Shown: one piece after another, positions 21,488 through 30,978 of the stretch | How positions within the stretch are numbered: position 1 is the first letter of the stretch | Layout: each line of letters begins with the position of its first letter | Source of the DNA: Stramenopiles sp. TOSAG23-3 | Taxonomy: Eukaryota | Assembly: GCA_900128585.1 (NCBI GenBank) | Contig: LT642205.1 | Location: 1 to 34,078 of the forward strand | Length of the DNA stretch: 34,078 nt | Direction of reading: 5' to 3' | Notes under the pieces: model-generated | Told to the model about the DNA's origin: nothing | The model's database searches: none | What the model saw: the letters and a program-made list of their open reading frames with translations, nothing else | Program-made: the position numbers and the translations under genes

Positions 21488-21608
21488 CCGATTCATGCAT
21501 CATTGGGGTACAGTTTAATATGAAAATGATTAGTCAAGATTAAGTGACAAGGAAAAAATAACAGCCAATTTTCTTGTTTTTTTTAAGTGACAAGGATATA
21601 TTGTTTCC
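21488..21608 (+). repeat. Second dispersed repeat family, copy 1 (interrupted by a 29-bp insert and a 14-bp duplication)
   Basis: CCGATTCA...GTAC...AATGATTAGTCAAGATTAAGTGACAAGGA[insert]TATATTGTTTC is collinear with 23761-23835 (CCGATTCA...GTAC...AATGATAGTCAAGACTAAAAATGACAAGGGTATATTTTGTTTC). Confidence 0.7.
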
Positions 21609-21652
21609 TTGTATGAGCTGTTATTATATAAAATAACAGCCAATTTTTCTTG
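21554..21652 (-). repeat. Two reverse-orientation core copies of the dispersed 3'-spacer element
   Basis: AAATAACAGCCAATTTTCTTGTTTT at 21556-21580 and AAATAACAGCCAATTTTTCTTG at 21631-21652. A partial opposite-orientation GCTGTTATT at 21617-21625 makes a hairpin with the second copy. Confidence 0.88.
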
Positions 21653-22034
21653 GAATCACACACAAGTAGAGATCAATTACTCGCAGCACATTAATTTTAA
21701 TTACTAACCCTAGCCCTAATCCTACCTGTGGACGAAATGATTCATTTCAGTGAGTTGTTGTTTTTGTCCGTTCGGTACTAATCCATATTTATGCTATGTA
21801 ATGTAAATTCTGTTTTCCCCCACTTCTTTTTTATCATTACGAAAATTAGAACTGGTGCATACAACAAACAAAAATGGAACCCCCATTGATATAGATAAAC
21901 GATTTGATCATAAACAATGGACACCCGCACATTTTTCAATGCTGGTGCAGATGTACCTCTACGTTCGGTTTTGCTGGAATTTCGTTCGAAGCAATTAATC
22001 ACTGGGAAGCCATGCCATTTAGAAGTACGCAACG

Positions 22035-23531
22035 ATGAGTAAAAACGAGCACTGGGCAGACAAAATCGATTTCAATGTGCCCCGCCAGCACTACGAAACT
22101 TTGCTGAAAAAACCAACGAAAGAGGTCAAATTGTTGATCAGGAAGGAAGCGAAGCGACAAACGGAGTGGTCGAAATTGAAAGCGCTGCATGGAAGAAGAA
22201 TAGCGGAAAGAAACGAATGGATAAAACGGACGAAGCGGAAGAAGAGAACGCCTTTTAGCGACCAAAAGTACCTACATGAAAGGAATGAAGTCATCAATAT
22301 ATTTGTTCAGTTGAATCTTCTTAGCCCTACCCTGAAAACAAAGATATGCAATAAGCTTGCAGAACTCAATTTCCGCATCCAGTTTCCAAGTGAAGCTGTA
22401 GCAGGCGCTGGTGCGCAGTCAAACTGGACGTGTGCCGTTTGCAAAGGCGAAAACATCCAAGGAACTGTTCTCTTTTGCCCCGTATGCTTGACGAAGAAAG
22501 CAGCCCATTCAACTACAGCGCAAATTAGACCGGACCACTTTATTGGGCTCGTAAAAACCTTAGATTTACTGATATTTTTTTTAGATTCCGTCAAGTTCGA
22601 GCATCCCAGCGCAAACGCTGTAAAGAATAGTCCAAACAAGGAGTACCTTACCTCGGAGCATCGACTTAGAATTAGATCTTGCGATTGGTACATTCTTGAA
22701 GAATATTCAAATTACGATGTCGTGCCACCCCGTCGTCATGAAATAGTTGCACGACGAAAGAGGAAGGTCATAGACGTTGAGCCAAACGGAAATTTGGCGA
22801 GCGGGACGGTCCTTATCAACCGAGCAAAATCATGTGTTTGCTCTGTACCGAATGTTCCCGAAGGAAACAGTGAGGTATGCACCATCTGCTACCAGCAAGT
22901 TTCACGCTTGGTAGAAAACGGGAGACGATTCAACCCGAAAATGCCACACGTAAAACCGGTCAGCAACCTTGAAAAAGAGACCGAAAAAAATAGAAGAAGA
23001 GAAGAATACAAACGCGCATTAAAGTTAGTGCCAGCTGCAAGAGGGGCAAGTTCCAATCCGATGGTGGAGACGAGTCCATTGCGCCTTGCCACTACCAGAA
23101 ACCCTCACTGGAAGTACAAGAGAAAGAACTACGGCAAATCTTTGGTTAATAAATCAGGCAAAAAGGCGCAACAAGAAGACACTGGCTCCGTGAGGCATAC
23201 AGATGAAAAATTGCAGGATCTTTTCAAATTTCACCGGAAGACGAATGAGGATGAAACGATAGACCAAGAACCTAAAATACACTGGTGGTTACGAAAGCGC
23301 CCGCCGCCGCCAACGACCGAAGTGATCACAGCGACGAAAGACACGCTTGCAATTCTGGGGGGAGAGCATCTGGTAGGCAACGGAGATTTTTTCAGAAACC
23401 GAATTGATTTTACACGAGACATTATCACCATACAAAAGGAGAAAATTAAGCTGAGGAAGATGAAACGCGCGAAAGACACCCAGCGGAAACACCTTGAACT
23501 GTTGAAAAAGACGAGGCGCGCGTTGAGGTGA
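22035..23531 (+). CDS. Basic protein of unknown function with a RanBP2-type-like zinc finger
   Basis: 498-aa ORF; WTCAVCKGENIQGTVLFCPVC resembles W-x-C-x2-C-x3-N-x5/7-C-x2-C; a second possible Cys cluster CVCS...CTIC; K/R-rich termini. Confidence 0.8.
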   Translation: MSKNEHWADKIDFNVPRQHYETLLKKPTKEVKLLIRKEAKRQTEWSKLKALHGRRIAERNEWIKRTKRKKRTPFSDQKYLHERNEVINIFVQLNLLSPTLKTKICNKLAELNFRIQFPSEAVAGAGAQSNWTCAVCKGENIQGTVLFCPVCLTKKAAHSTTAQIRPDHFIGLVKTLDLLIFFLDSVKFEHPSANAVKNSPNKEYLTSEHRLRIRSCDWYILEEYSNYDVVPPRRHEIVARRKRKVIDVEPNGNLASGTVLINRAKSCVCSVPNVPEGNSEVCTICYQQVSRLVENGRRFNPKMPHVKPVSNLEKETEKNRRREEYKRALKLVPAARGASSNPMVETSPLRLATTRNPHWKYKRKNYGKSLVNKSGKKAQQEDTGSVRHTDEKLQDLFKFHRKTNEDETIDQEPKIHWWLRKRPPPPTTEVITATKDTLAILGGEHLVGNGDFFRNRIDFTRDIITIQKEKIKLRKMKRAKDTQRKHLELLKKTRRALR

Positions 23532-23565
23532 GCAAGGCGATCCTAAGGTTGGTGCAACCAAATCG

Positions 23566-24017
23566 TAAATAACAGCCATTATTCTGTTTTTAAGAATATA
23601 ATAAATAAAAACAAAAAAATGGCAGTTGTTTAAAGTAATTAAAATTTAGCTTCCTCATAGCCTCTCTAATACCGAAACTACTCAGCATTGTCGTAAATAA
23701 AAGCCCCTCCCGACACCTCAACCCACAAATGACAATTCTTTGACTGGTTTACAAGACAGGCCGATTCAGATCATGAATGGAGTACGTCAGGGAATGATAG
23801 TCAAGACTAAAAATGACAAGGGTATATTTTGTTTCAGTAAAATCACAGGAGCACAGATACGTTCGCAGTACAATAAACAATGTACTCAAAAGAAACGTAA
23901 ACCTTTCATGGACAAAAGGAGCAGATTCATTTTCGCGGTACATGAGGAAGATTCTCTCTTATTTGTAATTACTTTTTGTACCTAGTACTTAAATAACAGC
24001 CAAATTGTTTTGTTTTT
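23566..24017. repeat. Cluster of three copies of the dispersed element; 23607-24017 is MITE-like (inverted copies at both ends)
   Basis: Reverse copy at 23566-23591. Forward copy at 23607-23659, including TTTAGCTTCCTCATA. Reverse copy at 23986-24017, preceded by ATGAGGAAG at 23942-23950. The interior holds the second repeat family (23761-23835). Confidence 0.75.
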
Positions 24018-24083
24018 AATATAATAAAAGCTGAAGATATGATGATGAATGGAGGATGTAGGATCGATCGTAATTAACATACA

Positions 24084-25343
24084 TTACTCTTGAGGAGTAT
24101 ATGGCGACTCGTCGACACAGCACACAGCTTCTGTTAAGTGTTTCCATCGGCATGCCTCTGGCAATCTGGATAGCACTTTCAAATAGCCCAGTGCAATGGT
24201 GTTGTTCGATTCAATCTGCAACACCGCAGTAAAGGCCTTCTCGGCCTGCAGCAGGGAGCCCATTTTGTATTGTCCAAGACCAAGGATGACGTGGTTGTAG
24301 GGAATCTGTGGTGCCACGTCAATTGCACGAAGCGAGTACTTGACCGACTCCTCGTACTGCGCAGCGTTGTGGTAGTGGGTAGCGAGCAGCTGCAACGAGC
24401 CGCCGTGCTTGGGCCGAAGATGGATTAATTCTTTGGCGTACTCGACACCTCGGCCGCCATTCTTGTAAGTTTTCAAGGCGTACTGGTACGTTAGCTCAAC
24501 GTCAACGGTTGGATAAAACCACCAAATTTCACCCGCCCCCCAGCGGTATAGCTTCCGTGTTGCAACGGCAGGTCCTTCCCGTTCCATCATGGATTGTGCC
24601 AATTCGATCTGGCCTTCGTTGGCCGCTTTTGTCGCCAACAAGACCGTGGCGGACACGTTTGACTTTCTTCTCAGCGCCACAAGCCCAGGGCCACCTTTGA
24701 CATGCTCAATGACGTCGTACCACCGCAGGGCGGTTTCGTAGTATTTGCGCCGTACGTCATCCCAATCGTGCACCAAAACGACGGACCCCTCATCCCGTAG
24801 CAGAGGCAAGACTGCCCAAGCGCACTGTGGGCGAGCTCGCCCATCTATAAATACCACATCGTAAAAACCTCCTTTGGACCACTGTCGTACCTCCCGTCCA
24901 GCAATCCGTGCTGCCGAGTTTATGTATGTTTGGTATTGCAAATAACTGCTCCTGGCACAGTGGGGAGGGAGCCTGCCGTCAGCAATACGAGGCAGGTCTG
25001 GCTCGACACAGTGCAGCTCCACATTTGTAATACCTCGCCTCAACAGAGTCGAACGAACTTTTTTGCACCACGTCCGATTATGCTCAATGCTGTATAATTT
25101 GGAAACCATGGGGGCAAAGTAGCTGGTGCTCCCACCAGACCCAAACTCCAGCATGACCTTCCCTGGGCCCAAGAATGTCCTGAGAAAAACTAGCTCGTCA
25201 TCACTGATCCAAGGCTTGCTTGGAAAATCTTGCTCTGCTGCTGCTGCTGCTGCTGCCAATGAGGTTTTATCGAAGCAACTTACTAAACACCCTACTAACA
25301 CGAAAAAAAGAAACCGAACAAGTCGACATTCAGGCCTACCCAT
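24084..25343 (-). CDS. Signal-peptide-bearing class I SAM-dependent methyltransferase with C-terminal TPR repeats
   Basis: Hydrophobic N-terminus FLFFVLVGCLVSC; MLEFGSGGST (motif I), YSIEH, YDVVFIDGRAR, VLVHDW; TPR-like LATHYHNAAQYEESVKYSLRAIDVAP and LGLGQYKMGSLLQAEKAFTAVLQIE. Confidence 0.87.
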   Translation of the reverse strand: MGRPECRLVRFLFFVLVGCLVSCFDKTSLAAAAAAAEQDFPSKPWISDDELVFLRTFLGPGKVMLEFGSGGSTSYFAPMVSKLYSIEHNRTWCKKVRSTLLRRGITNVELHCVEPDLPRIADGRLPPHCARSSYLQYQTYINSAARIAGREVRQWSKGGFYDVVFIDGRARPQCAWAVLPLLRDEGSVVLVHDWDDVRRKYYETALRWYDVIEHVKGGPGLVALRRKSNVSATVLLATKAANEGQIELAQSMMEREGPAVATRKLYRWGAGEIWWFYPTVDVELTYQYALKTYKNGGRGVEYAKELIHLRPKHGGSLQLLATHYHNAAQYEESVKYSLRAIDVAPQIPYNHVILGLGQYKMGSLLQAEKAFTAVLQIESNNTIALGYLKVLSRLPEACRWKHLTEAVCCVDESPYTPQE

Positions 25344-25695
25344 ACTTTAACCGTATGCCCCGCGGCCACGGTCCCCGAACGAAACTCTTTCAAACTATGG
25401 TTTTGTTGTATCTGAAGAGAACGTGCAAAATTAGCAGCAATTGAATAAACTAGTGTATAATTAATAGATTGTCTGAAATAACAGCCACCATTATTATTAT
25501 ATTATTATCAATATCTATATTGGATTGGATTAATAAAACCGCCGCCGAAGCCATTCTGCCGCTGTTGTGCCATCATCATCACAAATTTACGATAAAATTG
25601 TACTTATTTACTGTACCGACTCTATTATTATTTTAAATTAGACAACACAGAATTGGGCACGACTCGACGTGGTGACCTCTCACACGTAAATTAAT

Positions 25696-25843
25696 AAAAA
25701 CAAGAAAATTGGCTGTTATTTAAGTAATTAAATTTAGCTTCGTCGTACCCTTATATTTTTTATTAATTTTAGAGTCTTAAAACATACTATTATATAATTT
25801 TTTATTAATTTAGTTCATAAATAACCGCCAGTATTTTGTTTTT
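25696..25843. repeat. Inverted pair of the dispersed element directly downstream of the FGAM synthase stop
   Basis: Forward full copy 25696-25747 (AAAAACAAGAAAATTGGCTGTTATTTAAGTAATTAAATTTAGCTTCGTCGTA); degenerate reverse copy 25818-25843 (TAAATAACCGCCAGTATTTTGTTTTT). A further 12-bp core AAATAACAGCCA lies at 25476-25487. Confidence 0.8.
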
Positions 25844-25846
25844 AAT

Positions 25847-28800
25847 TTAGTTACCTCCATCGCACCACTCGCGAACGTTTTGAAACATCTTCAGCCACGG
25901 TCCTACTCCATTGGATTTGGCTTTCATTTCAGGGGGCATGAATGGCCACTGCCACGCATTGATGCATCGTTCCGGGTGTGGCATCATTGCCAAATGTCTT
26001 CCGTCTGGAGAGCACAGAGAAGTAATCCCAGCTTCGGATCCATTCGGGTTGAATGGGTATGACATTGTAGGCATGCCAGCGTCATCAACATATCGAAGAG
26101 GGACCACATTTTCAATTTTTACACTTTTGGCAACGTCACGGGTTGGAAAAAAAACTTTCCCTTCCCCATGCGCTACCCATACCCCGAGAACAGAACCCAC
26201 CATATCTTTGAACCAAATACCAGATGCTTGACTTTCACATATTTTTACGGTACTGAACCGGCTCTCAAACCGACCCGAATCGTTGTGAAGAAACCTGCAA
26301 TTTTCCCCCGCGACAGTGGGGACCCACCCCAGCAATGCCATAAATTGGCATCCATTACAAATGCCAAGCGAAAATGTGTCGGTTCTGTTTCGAAAGTCCG
26401 TGAATTTCTCTAACAACTCTTCGTTAAACTTAACAGTACCCGCCCAACCCTTTGCAGAATCAAGAACGTCCCCATAACTGAAGCCGCCCACGAAGACGAT
26501 TCCACGAAACTGGCTCAGATCAACCTTGTTGCTGAGCAAATCTCGCATATGAACGTCCCATGGCTCAAACCCCGCGGCAAAAAAGGCACTTGACATCTCA
26601 CGATCGCCATTGTGTCGAAATTTTTCCCTCACTGGTCCACGAAGGCGTGAATGTCAGACGAAAAGGTGGGCAGAGTCGGGCTTTTAACCCGTCTTTCTCT
26701 TGTGCAACGCATTTCGGGTCAGCCTGGCGTTTGTCCAACTCAAAACTTGTGGATTCCCAAACATCTCTTAGATCCGGTGTGTTGCTTGAAAAGACGGCGG
26801 AGCCTGAGAAAGAAACACTTAGCTCCTGACTCACTGTGGATTTGCCGATGTGGTAGCACGGAATGTTCGCCGCGAGAAATTTGTCCATGGTGTCGTTCAA
26901 ATTTTCGGCCGCGACTTCCAGAACAAACCCTAGCTCTTCGCTGAAGAGGAATCGAAGGATGGATTCCTTTTCTGGGCTTGCAACAAGTTCCGTTGGAAAG
27001 TCGACCCTTAGCCCGCAATTTCCTGCAAATGCCATTTCGAATAGCGTGGTCAGCAGACCGCCATCACTACGATCATGCCCCGCGCTTATGAGGCCAGCAC
27101 CGATCATTTCTTGGACAATGCCGAATGCCCTGGCAAGACTTTCTGGGTCCTCCATGTCAGGACAAGATTCCCCAAGCTGATTCAGCGTTTGAGCTAAAGC
27201 TGACCCCCCGATGCGGTTTTTTCCCTGGCCCAAGTCCACGAAAAGGATTTCTCCAGACACGCCCCCTCCGTTAATGTTGTTCCCGGGCTTCCCCGATGGA
27301 AGCTTAAAGTCCGGGGTCACTGTCAACGTGACGTCTGGGCATGTGCAGTAGCAAGACAAGACAAACGTTCCTGGCGATTTCACCGTTTCTGTGCCAACCT
27401 TTGCGGCCATAGACAAACTATCTTTACCCCCGTCAATCGAAATACCTAGCCTAGACATGCAATCTTCAATAGCCTCGCACGCTTCGTACATATTGGCTGC
27501 TTCTCCGGGAAGTTTGGCGGCCCACATCCAGTTCCCAGACCCTTTGACGTCACTCAAACACGTCACTTTAGCCCACACCAAGTTCAACAGCGCTTCCCCA
27601 ATGCTCATACGCACACCTGCAGCATTGGACAGGAGCCCCTTGATCGGTTGCTCTCCGACAGAGGTTGCGATTCCAGTGTACGTGCCAGTAGCTTTGGACT
27701 TGAAGTGGGATTGTGCCAAGACTGCGACATCGGCAAGAGGGGTGTGCAGCGGCCCAACACACTGCTGCTGTGCAACAAGGCCAGTGACGCTCCTGTCCAC
27801 CTTTGTGGTCAAGAACCTCTTTGATCCGACCGACAAGAGTCGAAGGACCCGGTTGACGGCTTCTTTCACCGCGTTATCGGTGGACTTCGTGGCGCCGAGG
27901 GCAGACATCTCAAGGGGCATCAACGTTTTTGGAGACGTCGAATCGACGAAAGTTTTCTGCGGCAATGAGCCCAAGACTTGGTCCAAGTCAACATCCACTG
28001 GGTTAGTGCCGTTCCAAGAATCATGAAGTACGACCCTTCCATCCCCTGTTACAACCCCAACAACAGAGAACGGGCAATTTTCACGGTTGCCAATCTCTTC
28101 GAACTTTTTCAACGATTCGGGCCTGATTAACATTGCATTGTTTTCCTGGTACTCGCTGCCCCATATTTCAAGAACCGACAGCGACTTGTCCCCAATTAAA
28201 AGATCGCGAATTTGCAGCACGCAACCGGCCGGCTCTGCGATCTCTTTCAAGACATTGCTGTTTCCACCGGCGCCTTGGTCGTGGATGGAAACGATCGGGT
28301 TTTCTTTTCCCAACTCAATACAGGCACGCACAACACGGTTTACTTTGTTGGCCATCTCCGCGTCACCCCTCTGGACGGCGTCGAAGTCAAGCTTCAGATC
28401 CTTCTCATCTTGGACTCGACTACTAGCCGCGCCCCCTCCCATACCAATACGGTAACAGGGCCCACCGATTTTCACAATCAGCATACCTTTGGCCGGTTCC
28501 TCTTTCTTCAAGTGCAAATCATCCAGCTGTCCAATCCCAGCCGTGAACATGATCGGTTTGACCCATTCCCTTCGATCTCCTGCGGGGGAACGAAGGCCAA
28601 ACGAGCGGGTAAACCCGGTCACGACCGGCTCTCCAAACTTATTTCCGTAGTCGGAAGCCCCGTTGCTTGCTTCAATCTCAATATCGAGAGGCCTTGCAAG
28701 GTTTCCAGGGTACTGGAACGAACTGTTCGACTTTTCCCACGGCAACTCGTACCCAGGTATGTTCAAATTTCCTACGCAGTACCCTGCAGTTCCAGCAATG

Positions 28801-29873
28801 CAGTGGGCGCCCATTCCAGTCGCCATCACATCCCGCAGCCGGCCCCCAGTCCCAGTGGTTGCACCAGGGAAGGGCGCAACTCCAGTAGGAAAGTTGTGCG
28901 TCTCGGCGGTCAATAAAGGGTGGTACGTGCACGTCTTTTGGTCCATCGGAGACGGCCTCCCCGGCACCGTCGGGGCGACGGTACAAATTTCAAACCCTCG
29001 GATAGCACTGCTGTTGTCGTGGAATGCAATGACGCTGTTGTCTTTGTCCGGGCCCCCACGCTTTTTTTGGCTTGTCTTTAACGTATTTTTGACCATACCA
29101 AACAGTGTTCGCTTCTTCTCCATTCCGTCAATGACCATTTTCCCACCAAAGAACCAGTGCCGCGAATGCTCGCTGTTCCCCTGGGCCATGTCAAAGCACT
29201 CCACGTCGGTCGGGTCACGCTTCATATCATTGCGAAACATGTTCGTGTAAAAGTCCAGGTCCCAATCGTCAAACCCAAGGCCCATCTCGTCACTTATCCT
29301 CTTCAAAGCCGCTTTCCCCTCCTTCATTACGGGAATAGTTCGAACCGGCGCGGGCGTCTCTGGAACCCCGAAGCTGTTGAAACCGTTGGGCAGAACCATT
29401 TCGGTCATGCGGTCATGGATACGCGCCACGAAAGTTTCCTTCTCCTCGTCGGAAAGGGCGGGTTTGGTTTTTTCAATTCCTACTTTGAACCGTTTTGTAC
29501 ACTCTATGCGCTGGACGCTCTGGATTCCACACGCGTTGCATATGGTCACAGCGTTCGTTGAAAAGGCCGACACGAAGCTCAAGCGTGGACCCACTTCGAC
29601 CACCCAGCCTTGGCCCTGGTCAAAAAAAGTCTCGGGGCCAGTTTTTTCAGGCTCGTACGTTTCTGACAGTAGCCAGAGTAACTTTTCCCGGTCTTCCTCG
29701 TTTAATTTTTTTCCCTCCTTCACCTGCACCAAGAAGCACATCTCCGTATCAACTGACTCAATCGAACTGCTCACATTAGTCTGCATTTCAGATAAGAGGG
29801 CCTGCGCTTTTGCAGCACCAAGTCCTGGGTGACGAAAATAACGCTCGAGTGGTGAGGCGACAATGGATGCCAT
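25847..29873 (-). CDS. PFAS: Phosphoribosylformylglycinamidine (FGAM) synthase, large type; frameshifted at ~26612 with apparent short deletion
   Basis: EVGPRLSF, NSEHSRHWFF, AETHNFPT, GATTGTGG, IHDQGAGG, DGGKDSLSM and GHDRSDGG in ORF 26598-29873. The glutaminase domain (NGDREM, GGFSYGD, LGICNGCQ, HGEG, MPHPER) lies in a different frame, 25847-26611. Confidence 0.93.
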
Positions 29874-30978
29874 GTTTGAATGTGTAACGGCGTATATTGC
29901 GGGCAGAAAACTTAAGGGTCGTTTTAAAGTTGGAAATGAAGGTAGGTTAAAAATCGACTGGTCTCTGATTTAGTGAGCAGAGAGATAGGAGAAAAGCAAA
30001 AGTTTTCACAAAAAGATTTCAGGACTGGACGACAGACAGGACTGCCAATTGTAATTCTGTTTTGAGATGTGATTGTTGAAAATCATCAAAAATAATTATT
30101 ATAAAAAATAAAAAAAGCACTTCAACTATAATAAGGTTATTATATATTTTACTGTATTATATTTATTTAGTTATAATATATTATCTAGTATATAGCCTAG
30201 TTTAAAATGTAATAATATCAAAATGTATTAATATGTAATTCCTTAAGTTTTGAAGCAAATCTTTAATTTAGAAGAAAGGAAGAAGAAAGAAAAAATTAAA
30301 AAAGAAATAGTAACCAACCAATTTTAATAATTAGAAATACCGGTGGTGGTTTTATTACGTAAATATTTAATACCTGTTATTTACATGTTATACCGTACCA
30401 TAATCAGCTGAAGAATGAAGAAGAAGGGGGAAGAAAAGATTATTATAATTTATTTAAAATGGGTATATAATTTTAAAATATTGAAGTTCGTGCTTGTGTT
30501 CTTGTTGTTTACAGAGAGAAGAAGAAAGAATACGAAGGAGGATGACGCACTTATTCCAATTATTATATAATATTCCAAAATCATAGACGACTATCCTCGT
30601 ACTACGTACCTCATAGTAATTCCTCGTAATATTATTTAATACCGGTGGTGTGGTGGTTCAGAGGGTAGAAAAAAAGGGGTTTTTTTCCTTCCTCCGTTCC
30701 TTAGTACTATTTACCTGTATTATACCGGTTCCTTACTGTGTTAATAATTATTATCAAGTCAAATTGAATGTAAGAATCAGCACAAGCTATCATCCACTTC
30801 TATCTCAGTTGAATGGAGTTTATTAGGGTTAAGAAGGACACAATACAGTAATTTTTTCTATGTCCAGGAATGCAAGATAAATGTACGTCCCTTGCTGTAT
30901 ATAGTTCTGGACGTTTGTTTCTGTGACCTTTGCGACCGTGTAGACCGTCTCAATGAACGCAGTGGCTTCCAACCAAAC

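Noticed and set aside
10569-25343. Possible glycan-modification gene cluster (FKGP, Vti1, secreted methyltransferase)
   Set aside because: The genes are interleaved with unrelated housekeeping genes and there is no sign of co-regulation.
26622-26628. G-GGA-AAA slippery heptamer just before the PFAS frame break, suggesting programmed -1 frameshifting
   Set aside because: The downstream ORF is in the +1 frame, not -1, and no shift would restore the missing VAxxREEGS segment.
26598-26660. Intron as the explanation for the PFAS break
   Set aside because: Sequence is missing relative to the family consensus rather than extra, and no AT-rich GT-AG segment is present.
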